From: Candidatus Poribacteria bacterium
GTDB lineage: Bacteria; Poribacteria; WGA-4E; WGA-3G
Length of the DNA stretch: 64,000 nucleotides
Assembly: GCA_965198235.1 (NCBI GenBank)
Contig: OZ240248.1
Span: 3,424,001-3,488,000 of the forward strand
Direction of reading: 5' to 3'
The translations under genes and the position numbers were made by a program. Positions 18,826 through 28,599 of this stretch are shown here, piece after piece. Each line of letters opens with the position of its first letter. Position 1 is the first letter of the stretch. Below the pieces are notes generated by a model that saw only the letters and a program-made list of their open reading frames with translations, was not told where the DNA came from and did no database searches.

Positions 18826-20298
18826 ATGATTGATGAGATTATCAGATGTGCCATGATTAGAGATCCGGTAATCATAGCAAATCTTAAAATCATAAAAATC
18901 CCGGTTCTGACTGCTTCCATAGTCTTAATCCTGCTCTCATGCGGTGGAGATCCCACCATCGAACGCGGCAAGGCGTTTCTGGCAACAGGCGACACTACGG
19001 CTGCCATTCAGCAGTTTCAGGCGGCACTTAAGCAGAATCCTTCCAATGCTGAGGCTTACTATCAGCTCGGTTTGGTGTATGAAGGATTCGTAGATGCTAC
19101 GCAAGCGATCGATGCCTTCAGAAATGCTGCAAGGTTGGCACCGAAACGTGCAGAGATAACACTCGCACTCGGGCGTGTCTATTGGCACAGCGGTAACCGT
19201 TCCCTTGCGCTCACCGAGTTTCAAAATCTGCTGAGCGGTTCCCCAAAAAAGGAAATTCTCCTTCAGTTAGCAGGCCTTACGGGGGATGCTTATCACGTCC
19301 GACGTATTCGCACCGAAGGCAGCGACGACTACGAGCAGACTTTCACTGAAAAAGGGAATATGATGACGTTTACTGCAAAGTATACTGACGATTATAGTCC
19401 CGCAATTTCACCCGATGGAAAATGGCTTGCCTTCGCCTCAAATCGTCTCCAGAACGCTGAGTTGTATCTCATGGATATCGCAACTCGCACCCTACAGCAG
19501 CTCACGCATACCGATGAACTCGACGAATACATGCCTGCTTTTTCACCCGATGGCACGTCTATCGCCTTCGTTTCAGAGCGCACCCGTGGGGGTATGATGC
19601 TCCCGCCTGTCCAAGCGAGTGGTTCTGACCCGAAGACTGCGACTATCTATCTCATGGATATCGACGGGAGAAACCAACGTCCGTTAATCGATATAGAGGG
19701 CGCGCAACGCGCCCCTGTCTTTTCGCCTGACGGGCAAAAAATCGCCTTTGAATCCAAAGTCCCTATGCAGAAAACCGAGAGCGGTATGGGCGAGGTTACC
19801 TCGCCCCTACAGAATAACGCCACATTAGAAATCTACGTCATTCATATTGATGGCACAAACAAGAGGCAACTGACACATAACGATGTAGACGACGGGCATC
19901 CAACGTGGGCACCCAATGGAAAGCAGATCGCCTTCACCGGAATGGTCGATGACATCTACCAAATTTTCAGCGTCAATGCAGGAGGAGGCACGGTAAAGCA
20001 GCTAACGTTTGCGGGTACAGGTTCCCACTACCATCCGACCTTCAGTCCGGATGGCAAACGGATTATCTATGTCTCGAACGCGCACAACCATTATACACTC
20101 TGGATGATGGATGCCAACGGCACAAACAAGACCCAACTCACGAACCACATCGGTGCACATTTTGAACCTAGCCTCTCAAGCGACGGAAAAACGCTTGTAT
20201 TTAGTTCTGACCGTTCGGATCACATGCGAATCTATCTCATGGATATGACAAAACCCCTCCAAAAAGCAGAATTGAAAGCAAGGCTGGCACGGGAATAG
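18826..20298 (+). CDS. TPR + TolB-like PD40 repeat lipoprotein
   Basis: LLSC lipobox, TPR repeats, multiple PxFSPDGKxIAF repeats. Confidence 0.88.
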   Translation: MIDEIIRCAMIRDPVIIANLKIIKIPVLTASIVLILLSCGGDPTIERGKAFLATGDTTAAIQQFQAALKQNPSNAEAYYQLGLVYEGFVDATQAIDAFRNAARLAPKRAEITLALGRVYWHSGNRSLALTEFQNLLSGSPKKEILLQLAGLTGDAYHVRRIRTEGSDDYEQTFTEKGNMMTFTAKYTDDYSPAISPDGKWLAFASNRLQNAELYLMDIATRTLQQLTHTDELDEYMPAFSPDGTSIAFVSERTRGGMMLPPVQASGSDPKTATIYLMDIDGRNQRPLIDIEGAQRAPVFSPDGQKIAFESKVPMQKTESGMGEVTSPLQNNATLEIYVIHIDGTNKRQLTHNDVDDGHPTWAPNGKQIAFTGMVDDIYQIFSVNAGGGTVKQLTFAGTGSHYHPTFSPDGKRIIYVSNAHNHYTLWMMDANGTNKTQLTNHIGAHFEPSLSSDGKTLVFSSDRSDHMRIYLMDMTKPLQKAELKARLARE

Positions 20299-20377
20299 AG
20301 GTCTACAAAAGACTGATGAGATTATCAGATGTGCCATGATTATCGGAGGGCCCATCATCAAGGAAAAAGTCTGAACT

Positions 20378-22813
20378 ATGATTTATCAGATTATCAGATT
20401 TACCATGATTGGGTGTGCTTGTAATCATGGTAAATCACATAAATCACAAAAATCTCGGTCAAAAATCCCGGTTCTGACTGCTTTCATCTTCCTCATTTTC
20501 CTCATTGGTATCGGTTGCAATACAGATGCACCCCGTAGGAGGAATTTGCAATCCCGAATTCCTTCTCCGCGATTCACGGCACATTATCAAAAAGGGGTGG
20601 ACGCGCTGGACATGAATAACTTCGCTGAAGCGGAAAAAGCGTTTCAGGCGTGTCTGCAGATTGATGCCAACGCCCACGATGCACGCATGTTGCTCGCACG
20701 CACCTATATCCGAGAGCAGAAATTTACTCGTGCCGAAGAGACGTTGCAAACACTAATAGAATTGGTTAAACAGGTCCCCGAAGAGAAAGATAAACTCTCA
20801 AGAGCCTACCTAACGTTAGCACAGGTTTTCAGTTATCAACAACGCTTTTCTGATTCTACCACTGCGCTCACCAATGCTTTGGAGGTAAACCCTGACGATA
20901 CCGAGGCACGCATTAGACTCGGCTATTTCTTAGGCGCGCCGCAACAGATGCTCGTCCCGGACCTCTCTGCATCCAAACGGCAGTTTGAAAAGGTACTGGA
21001 ACTCGAACCGAATAATCTTGAGGCGATGCTCCAACTCGGTTTAGCCGAATTCCGACTCGGTGAAGCCGACAAAGCCGCTGAACGGTTTAAAAGTATTATC
21101 CAAAATTACCGTCGTCATTCGGGGGCGTACTATTATCTCGGCGTTTATCATCTCCGACACGGCGCGCCTGAAAAAGCCGTCGAAAATTTCAAAGAATCGC
21201 TCCGTCTCAAACCTCGCGACCCCGAAACCTTGTGGAACTTGTGGACGGCTTATGCAAAACTCGGTGGCTATCCAGAGGAAGTGCCAGCGGAATTTAAAAT
21301 CCAGCCGTGGGAGGGGTTTGTAACCCCGAATTCTGTAGGGCAGGATTCTCTATTTATTGATGTGGCATCTGACTTAAAAATGGACAAAGTCGATGGCGGG
21401 CGCGGCAGTGCCTGGGGCGACTACGATAATGACGGAGATCTGGACATCGTTGCTGTTGGCACGTATCAACCACACGCGCTTTTCCGTAATAACGGCGATG
21501 GCACCTTTACGAACACCGCAGATCAAGCAGGTATCGCTGATCCGAGAGGCGGTTGGGGGTCACTCTTCGCCGATTACGATAACGATGGTTATTTGGATCT
21601 CTACATCACCCGTGGGGGTTGGTCTGGCGCAGCGGAGAACACGCTCTATCATAACAACGGTGATGGCACATTCACCGATGTCACACACACTGCAGGTGTC
21701 GCAGATCCACAGAGCAGTTTCTGTGCCGCGTGGGCGGATTATGACAGCGATGGCCACCTCGATCTCTACATTGCGGACGGAGTTATCGGCGATGGTGCGG
21801 CGAATGTCTTATATCATAACAATGGCGATGGCACTTTCACGAATACAGCGGCGGCAGCCGGTGTCGCGGATACTGGCAACTCTCTCGGAACCGCTTGGGG
21901 TGATTACGATAAGGACGGGTATATCGACTTGCATGTCGTCAATTACGGACAGTCCAATGTGCTTTACCGCAACAACGGCGATGGCACTTTTACAGACGTC
22001 ACCCTGTCAACTGGCATGAATCTCCCCGTTACGGATGCTTTTGTCACCTTCTTTTTAGATGTAGACAACGATGCAGATCTGGACATCTTCATCTCAAACT
22101 CAGGCTCTTTTCAAGCCTTCATCGCCGGTCAAATCACAGGTAGTGCCCCACACGACGGCGATCGGCAGGTACTTTATCGGAATAATGGCGACGGCACTTT
22201 TACGGATGTCACCCGTGAATCGGGACTCTACCACGCTTTCGGCGCGATGGGGGCGAACTTCGGAGACATCAATAGCGACGGTTACCTCGACATCTATCTC
22301 GCCACCGGGGCACCACAGATGGGACGACTCGAACGCGACGCACTCTTCCGCAACAATGGCGATGGCACTTTTACCGATGCGACGGCTGCTCTGGGTTTAG
22401 GGAACATCGGGAAAGGACACGGCGTAACCTTCGGTGATGTCGATACGGATGGTGATGTTGATATCTATGTCCCTGTCGGCGGAGCGTTTATCGGCGACCA
22501 GTGGCACAATCTTTTCTACCGCAACGGTGGAACTGGAAACAACTATCTCACCCTAAAACTGGTCGGGGTCAAAAGTAATCGAGACGGCATCGGTGCCAAA
22601 GTAACCTTGCACATGGGGGATAACATAATTTACCGAGAGGTCAGCGGTGGATGTGGGTTTGGATCGACCAACAGTCTATCGCTTGAAATCGGGCTTGGGA
22701 CACACGCAAAAGTCGATACACTTGAGATCATCTGGCCCTCTGGTCAGGTGGATACGCATCGAAACCTGTCTGTCAATCAGAAACTTGTTGTTACTGAAGG
22801 AGAAGGTCTATGA
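20378..22813 (+). CDS. TPR + CRTAC1-family (FG-GAP, ASPIC/UnbV) probable lipoprotein
   Basis: Hydrophobic stretch ending GIGC, TPRs, DYDNDGxLD repeats, SNRDGIGA. Confidence 0.88.
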   Translation: MIYQIIRFTMIGCACNHGKSHKSQKSRSKIPVLTAFIFLIFLIGIGCNTDAPRRRNLQSRIPSPRFTAHYQKGVDALDMNNFAEAEKAFQACLQIDANAHDARMLLARTYIREQKFTRAEETLQTLIELVKQVPEEKDKLSRAYLTLAQVFSYQQRFSDSTTALTNALEVNPDDTEARIRLGYFLGAPQQMLVPDLSASKRQFEKVLELEPNNLEAMLQLGLAEFRLGEADKAAERFKSIIQNYRRHSGAYYYLGVYHLRHGAPEKAVENFKESLRLKPRDPETLWNLWTAYAKLGGYPEEVPAEFKIQPWEGFVTPNSVGQDSLFIDVASDLKMDKVDGGRGSAWGDYDNDGDLDIVAVGTYQPHALFRNNGDGTFTNTADQAGIADPRGGWGSLFADYDNDGYLDLYITRGGWSGAAENTLYHNNGDGTFTDVTHTAGVADPQSSFCAAWADYDSDGHLDLYIADGVIGDGAANVLYHNNGDGTFTNTAAAAGVADTGNSLGTAWGDYDKDGYIDLHVVNYGQSNVLYRNNGDGTFTDVTLSTGMNLPVTDAFVTFFLDVDNDADLDIFISNSGSFQAFIAGQITGSAPHDGDRQVLYRNNGDGTFTDVTRESGLYHAFGAMGANFGDINSDGYLDIYLATGAPQMGRLERDALFRNNGDGTFTDATAALGLGNIGKGHGVTFGDVDTDGDVDIYVPVGGAFIGDQWHNLFYRNGGTGNNYLTLKLVGVKSNRDGIGAKVTLHMGDNIIYREVSGGCGFGSTNSLSLEIGLGTHAKVDTLEIIWPSGQVDTHRNLSVNQKLVVTEGEGL

Positions 22814-24195
22814 GTGAGAGTATATACAATTCCCCCAGGTCTGCTCTGCTCATAGAAGATGAGATGGCTCTCTTCGTTGATTATTATCAACTCACGATGG
22901 GTCAAGCAGATTTCAATGTTCAGAACGACAAGATTATCACGGCAAACTACTATGTCCGAGAAGTTCCGCAAGGACAGTATCTCATAACGGCTGGATTGGA
23001 ACAGGTTATCCATTACGTCTTAAATTTACGCTTCACTGATGCCGCACTTGACTGGTTGGCACAACGGGGTGACCTAAGCTCTGACTACCTTGCCTCCCTT
23101 AAGGACTTCCGCTTTGATGGCTCCATTTTCGCCGTTCCCGAAGGCACGCTTGTTTTTCCCAATGAACCGATTATCAATGTCACGGGTCGCTCCAGGGATG
23201 TACAACTTTTTGAGACCTATCTGCTCTGCGTCATGAACTTCCAGACGCTGATTGCCACGAAAGCCTCACGAATTGTAGAAGCCGCGCAAGGCAGCCCCGT
23301 ATTTGACTTCGGTGCGAGGCGGGCACACGGCAGAGATGCCGGAATCCTCGCCGCTCGTGCCTCCTTCATCGGTGGTGTGAGTGGGACATCGTTAGTGCTT
23401 GCCGGACACTATTTCGATATTCCTTACGTTGGCACGATGGCGCATAAGTTCATCTCCGAACGTCCTACCGAGTTAGAGGCTTTCCGCGACTATGCGATAG
23501 CCTTTCCGAACAATACCATTCTCCTGATTGATACGTACGATACACTTCAGGGGGCGCGAAATGCTTGCATCGTTGCGAAGGAGATGGAGGCACGCGGTGC
23601 GCGATTACGCGCAGTCCGATTGGACAGCGGCAACCTCTTAATCCTCAGCAAGGAGGTGCGTTGTATCCTTGATGCTGAAGGGCTCAATTATGTCAAAATT
23701 ATCGCAAGTCATGAACTTGATGAATTCCAGATAGACGCTTTGCTCCAAAACGGTGCACCGATCGATAGTTTCGGAGTCGGCACGCGGCTCGCTACAGGTG
23801 CGAACTTCGATTCAATCACCGGTGAGGGTGGTACCTCTGCCCTCGGTGGTGTTTACAAGTTAGTAGAGAGCGATGGCAAACCTGTTGGGAAACGGTCGCT
23901 GGATGAACCGTCTAAAGCGACGATACCGGGCAAAAAGCAAATCTATCGCGTCGCTGACGCAGACGGGAATTATGTCAAGGACTGCGTGACACTCTGGGGT
24001 GAAGTGATCTCCGAGGGGCAGCCTCTCCTAATTCCGATTATCCAAGACGGGGAGTTGGTATATGATTTTCCGGATCTGCATGACATCCAGACACAGACAG
24101 CTGCAGAACTCAAAAGATTACCGGATTCACATAAAAGTTTGACAGAAGCGGAACCTTATCTTGTAGAGTTACATCCGACGTTAAGGAATTTATAG
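22810..24195 (+). CDS. pncB: Nicotinate phosphoribosyltransferase
   Basis: DYYQLTM, DFGARRAH, GTMAH, LIDTYD, VRLDSG, FGVGT; ATGA overlap with upstream gene. Confidence 0.93.
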   Translation: MSESIYNSPRSALLIEDEMALFVDYYQLTMGQADFNVQNDKIITANYYVREVPQGQYLITAGLEQVIHYVLNLRFTDAALDWLAQRGDLSSDYLASLKDFRFDGSIFAVPEGTLVFPNEPIINVTGRSRDVQLFETYLLCVMNFQTLIATKASRIVEAAQGSPVFDFGARRAHGRDAGILAARASFIGGVSGTSLVLAGHYFDIPYVGTMAHKFISERPTELEAFRDYAIAFPNNTILLIDTYDTLQGARNACIVAKEMEARGARLRAVRLDSGNLLILSKEVRCILDAEGLNYVKIIASHELDEFQIDALLQNGAPIDSFGVGTRLATGANFDSITGEGGTSALGGVYKLVESDGKPVGKRSLDEPSKATIPGKKQIYRVADADGNYVKDCVTLWGEVISEGQPLLIPIIQDGELVYDFPDLHDIQTQTAAELKRLPDSHKSLTEAEPYLVELHPTLRNL

Positions 24196-24261
24196 GACCA
24201 TAAGTTGGATTGAACGCAGGGTCTGCGATTCCCGACTTTTTCTGACTGCTGATCGCTGACA

Positions 24262-26253
24262 CTATTGGTTGGATTCTGCTTTTTCTCTGCTAAGACGTTT
24301 TCGATTTTCTTTGATGAACCGCATAACTGTATCTGAATCAGCAGCTTGTAGATTTCCGAGGGTGCTCGCTTCTTCGATGAGCATCGTCATTTGCATAGAG
24401 TTGTCCGTAAGTAGACTTTCCGCCCTTTTATAATAATAGGCTGCCTGTGCGGTTTCACGCTGATTTTCACAGATGGCGGCGAGATAGACGTAAGCAGCAG
24501 CGAGACGTGGTGACTGCGTCCGGTTTTGAATAAACTCCTCAAAAGCGAAACGAGCCTCGTTGTAACGTCTGTCATCGTAATGAACACGTCCAATCCGAAA
24601 CTGTGCCCTATCGGCGAAACTGTCCTTATAGCCCCCCGCGAGGTACCGGTCCCGTTCTGGGTATCCAATCGTCGTTTCGTAGGCTTGCAGTGCCTCATTG
24701 TAACGATGAAGTTTTCTGTAGAGTTCGCCCAACTGAAAATTTGCCATCATCGCTTGCAGGGTGTTCGGATGCGTTTCAATAACCTTTTTGTAGGCTTGAA
24801 TCGCTTCGTTAGGCGTGGAAAGTTGCTCAGCGTAGATGAGTCCGCTGCGGTAGAGTGCTTCGGCGGAATGCGTCAAATCGGCGTGATGCTCCGATACCTC
24901 TTGATATGCCTCAATTGCCTTTGGATAGTCCTGTAACGGTTTCCGTTCGTAGATGGTCCCGATTTGCAACCGCGCACGTGCTACCTCTATAGGTGCCAAG
25001 TTTTGGTCTTGGAGTTTCTCACGCAGGTTTTCGATGGCTGTAAGTTGCTGAAGTGTTGGAAGTCGTTCCGCTGCCTGCTCTGCTTGAGGGGTATGGGGTG
25101 CCCTGGCGATGAGATGTCGGGCGATACTTAATGCTTCAGAAAAGTCTCGATCTGTACTCGCTTTATTCAACCGTTCTAATTCCACTGTTGACATCTGTTC
25201 TGCGAGTTCCTCAATTTTCTTACCAATTTGTGCCTTCACCTCAGACACGCTTTTGTCATGCATTGAGATCTGTCCTAAGTACCCCGGATCGAGTTGTGGC
25301 AAATAGGCATGAAGGAACGTTTCAAAAGCCCCTATCGCTTTCGGATAGTTCAAGGTTTGTTCATAGCAAACGCCTGTCCAATAGAGAACAGCATGCATAT
25401 TCCAGAAGTTCGGGTATCTCTGTTTCAGTTTCTCAAAGATAGGGATTGCTAATGAGTACTTCTCGGCTGTGCGATGGATATTTGCCATTTGAAAGAGTGC
25501 CTCCGCAGCGAAATTGCTGGTCGGGTAATCTTCAATGACTTTTCTGTACGTTGCCATTGCTAAAGCCGATTGATTCAGAATGGTATGCCGTAAATGTGCG
25601 ATGCGCCATCTCGCTTCTGGTGCCATAATCGCATCAGGGTGTGCCTCGAGAAGCGACGTATACTCCTCAATTGCCTTTTCAGGCTGGTTGAGTTGGGAGT
25701 GATTCCGATAGAGTTCAGCGATCTGAAATTGAGCGATGGCGGCAAAGGGTGTCCCTTTATACTGGATCGCAATACGCTGCTGTTCCCTTAGATCAGAGAG
25801 TGCGCTGTTAATATCACGCATCTTCTGCAAGCCAGTTTTATGCACGAAATGCGAGACAGGAGCGAGTTTAATTAATCTGTCGTAAGTTTGGATAGCATCG
25901 TGGTAATTGCCCATACGGCTATGGACATCACCTTTTTTGATAATGGCGAGGAAGAGCTCCTCAGCGGCAAGCCCATTTTTCTCAAGTTTTAGAATTTTGT
26001 CGTAAGCCTCCATCGCTCTGGTGTACTGGTGCGTATAGTTATAGTGGATCTCGCCAATCTGGTAGTAGCACCAACTTTTCACAGCAATGTCTTTGGCAGA
26101 TTCCGCAAGTGCCTCCAGTTTATTATTGGCTTCCGTGTAGCGTCCTGCCTGAATTAAGACGTGGACCTCTTCAAAGTGAGCATAAGCAAACGGGCAGAGG
26201 AGAAAAATCAGCAGCACGTATGAGAGAAGTATAAGTCTACTTCGCGTTTCCAT
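24262..26253 (-). CDS. Secreted TPR repeat protein (BamD/CpoB-like repeats)
   Basis: Signal peptide ending AYA; many AxFQxAxxY...YP repeats. Confidence 0.85.
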   Translation of the reverse strand: METRSRLILLSYVLLIFLLCPFAYAHFEEVHVLIQAGRYTEANNKLEALAESAKDIAVKSWCYYQIGEIHYNYTHQYTRAMEAYDKILKLEKNGLAAEELFLAIIKKGDVHSRMGNYHDAIQTYDRLIKLAPVSHFVHKTGLQKMRDINSALSDLREQQRIAIQYKGTPFAAIAQFQIAELYRNHSQLNQPEKAIEEYTSLLEAHPDAIMAPEARWRIAHLRHTILNQSALAMATYRKVIEDYPTSNFAAEALFQMANIHRTAEKYSLAIPIFEKLKQRYPNFWNMHAVLYWTGVCYEQTLNYPKAIGAFETFLHAYLPQLDPGYLGQISMHDKSVSEVKAQIGKKIEELAEQMSTVELERLNKASTDRDFSEALSIARHLIARAPHTPQAEQAAERLPTLQQLTAIENLREKLQDQNLAPIEVARARLQIGTIYERKPLQDYPKAIEAYQEVSEHHADLTHSAEALYRSGLIYAEQLSTPNEAIQAYKKVIETHPNTLQAMMANFQLGELYRKLHRYNEALQAYETTIGYPERDRYLAGGYKDSFADRAQFRIGRVHYDDRRYNEARFAFEEFIQNRTQSPRLAAAYVYLAAICENQRETAQAAYYYKRAESLLTDNSMQMTMLIEEASTLGNLQAADSDTVMRFIKENRKRLSREKAESNQ

Positions 26254-26648
26254 CTTTTTAACTATGGGGCCTCTGAGCCGCTCTCCATTTCATTACGAGC
26301 GGGTTTCCGGTCAATTCGCGACTGGGATTGAGGATTTGTACCTGGCTTCTTTTGGTTAATATCGCACGCCTCCGCTGAATCCGACGCATTATAATTTTAG
26401 CCACCGCCGCAACGGCGCAGGCGATCCTTAAGCGAAGATCCTTATTAGACCAATTGCCTGATTTAACGCTTTGCGAATCGTTAAAAAGGAGCGGTGCCCA
26501 GGTGTTAATCATTTTTTTACTTATGGTGCCTCCGCGCATCGTTCCACGATGGTTTCTGATTTGAGAGAAGTTGCCTCTGTTGTAAACACTTTGTTTGAAC
26601 ATATCGGAACCCACCGCGTAATGAAATGGAGCGGTGCCCAGGTGTTAA

Positions 26649-27296
26649 TCATTTAAAAATGCTCTTGCTGTTCCGCTGTGGCGTGTTTAAGGTTCCAGAG
26701 TGAAGGTTCTGAAGATGGTCGTCCGCAACCTTCGTCCAATTCGTTCCATGCGCGTGCTCCTTCATTCGATGGAGCCGGCTTTCTGTTTCCCACGCATCGT
26801 TTCGGAGATGATGTGTGATGAGTGCCTCCTCTAAATTGCGTTGGATGTGCTGCTGACGATATTGTTCGATCCGGGCATCAGCGGATTGCATTTCGGTCAA
26901 TCGCAGCACCGGTTCGGGTTGAAACGGATTTCCCATGAGGAGGGCGATCGTAATTAAAGCGATGGCGACAGTACTCGCAGCAGCGGTTCTTTGCCACCGG
27001 AAGAGAGAGCCGAAGTTAACAAGGTACGCACGGACCCGCGAAAGCAGTGTTTGCTCGTGTGCCGCGGCGAGACGTTTGTACACATTCATTTCAATATCTT
27101 GTAAAGCGAGTTCGGGCACGCGCAATTCTGCTTGTGCCTTGTCTGTCAACTGTAGGACAGTGCTAAAAGATTGGACTGCTTCGGTACAATCCGGACAGTT
27201 CTTAAGGTGTTCTTTGAAGGGTTCCTCTTCTTCTGGCGACAGAAGTTTGGAAGCATAATCAATCGCTTGCCCTTCGGATTTTATACATTTAGGCAT
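26649..27296 (-). CDS. Zinc-binding anti-sigma factor (zf-HC2) with TM helix
   Basis: HLKNCPDC (HxxxCxxC); directly downstream of ECF sigma. Confidence 0.85.
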   Translation of the reverse strand: MPKCIKSEGQAIDYASKLLSPEEEEPFKEHLKNCPDCTEAVQSFSTVLQLTDKAQAELRVPELALQDIEMNVYKRLAAAHEQTLLSRVRAYLVNFGSLFRWQRTAAASTVAIALITIALLMGNPFQPEPVLRLTEMQSADARIEQYRQQHIQRNLEEALITHHLRNDAWETESRLHRMKEHAHGTNWTKVADDHLQNLHSGTLNTPQRNSKSIFK

Positions 27297-27313
27297 AAAC
27301 TCTTCTCCTTTCT

Positions 27314-27895
27314 TTAGATTTCATTATTTTCCCAGAGGGGGCGCAACAACGTTTGCAGACGTTTTACCGCACGGTGAAGGTGAATTTTCACGGTCCCTTC
27401 CGCCATATCCAGCGTTTTAGCGACCTCTTTAAGTTGTAAACCTTCATATCGACTTAACATAAAGACTGCTTTCTGTTTCGGGGAGAGCTGATCGACCGCC
27501 TCACGGATGATACGTCCGCGTTCCTGCTCTTCTACTTGCTGTACGGGGTCGCTGTGAAGATCGGTGGCGACGAGGTTCGCTTCAGGGATTTCCATGTCCT
27601 CTAAGGCATAGACAGGATGCCGCCCTTTCGTACGGTGATAATCAATAGCGAGATTGGACGCGATCTTGTAGAGCCATGTTGAAAACTTGGCTTTCGGTTG
27701 CCAATTCTCAAGGGCGCGGTACGCCTTAAAAAAAACTTCGATGGTGATATCCTCAGCATCCTCATAATTTCTGACAGAACGCAGAAGGTACGAGAAAATC
27801 TTGGCTTTGTAGCGTTTCATCAACTCATCAAAAGCATTTTGGCGACCGGATTGAAACTGAGCAACTAACATTTCATCGTCAATCAATTTGTCCAT
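27314..27895 (-). CDS. ECF sigma-70 factor
   Basis: DAED..EVF, FSTWLYKIASN, GTVKIHLHRA; the ORF-track extension to 27964 is repeat DNA. Confidence 0.93.
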   Translation of the reverse strand: MDKLIDDEMLVAQFQSGRQNAFDELMKRYKAKIFSYLLRSVRNYEDAEDITIEVFFKAYRALENWQPKAKFSTWLYKIASNLAIDYHRTKGRHPVYALEDMEIPEANLVATDLHSDPVQQVEEQERGRIIREAVDQLSPKQKAVFMLSRYEGLQLKEVAKTLDMAEGTVKIHLHRAVKRLQTLLRPLWENNEI

Positions 27896-27919
27896 AATTC
27901 CCGCTATACACATGCTGAA

Positions 27920-28033
27920 GAAATCCGCAGAAATCCGCAGAAATCCGCAGAAACACCCTATCAAAAACCCCTATCAAAAACCCCAAGCAATACGCAAAAA
28001 TGCCCAAGCAAAAACACCCCAAGCAAAAACACC
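27920..28033 (-). repeat. Expanded modular cassette (GAAATCCGCA x3, CCCTATCAAAAA x2, CCCAAGCAA x3)
   Basis: Reverse complement of the units at 4197-4258, 28280-28329 and 59783-59845. Confidence 0.85.
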
Positions 28034-28192
28034 CGCTGGGGCTAAAATACGTCCAAACCTACACCACTATTCTCCCCGACTTTTTAAACGAAAGCCATTA
28101 AAATAAGTTTACAAAATTTGTAATCGATTGTCAAGAATCTTTGGTTTTGCTACAGAGGTATTCAATTTTCCTGAAACATTTACGCCTCAATT

Positions 28193-28376
28193 TATAGTAA
28201 AGCCCGAAAATATGTAGACAGTTGTTCAGTGAACGAGGGAAACACCCTATCAAAAACCCCACCACCACCGCTGGCGAGGGTGTTTTTGATAGGGGTTTTT
28301 GCTTGGGTATTTCTGCGGATTTCCCCTAGTATCCTCGCCTCCTCGTAATGTCTAAGTAATTGTGGATTTTACTATA
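28193..28376. mobile_element. MITE-like element (TATAGTAAA..TAGACA / TGTCTA..TTTACTATA) enclosing REP hairpin and cassette
   Basis: Terminal IRs; related ends at 40155-40301, 59005-59131 and 4337-4367. Confidence 0.65.
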
Positions 28377-28599
28377 AGTAAGAAAGGGCGTGTTGAGTTT
28401 CGTTGCAATATCGGGATTTCAAGCAAAATACAACACCGAGAACCTGTCCCGATCTTCGGAATCTAAAGCTTTACTATAAAACACTTGATTTTCGCGCGCA
28501 GTTGGTTTAAAATAGATGCTTCGTAAGGCAAACTGAATTAAATTGATTCGTAGGACGTGGGCTGCGTACCGCTGTCCTATGCTAATGGAGGTATTTTTT

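Noticed and set aside
26488-26654. 27-bp direct repeat pair as a mini-CRISPR or att sites
   Set aside because: Only two copies, 113 bp apart, and part of a dispersed repeat family also seen near 13830-13955 and 35730
27896-27964. N-terminal extension of the ECF sigma factor as another repeat-derived peptide (likewise 35563-35667, 49980-50069, 58065-58199)
   Set aside because: A downstream ATG gives a family-typical protein, so these extensions need not be translated
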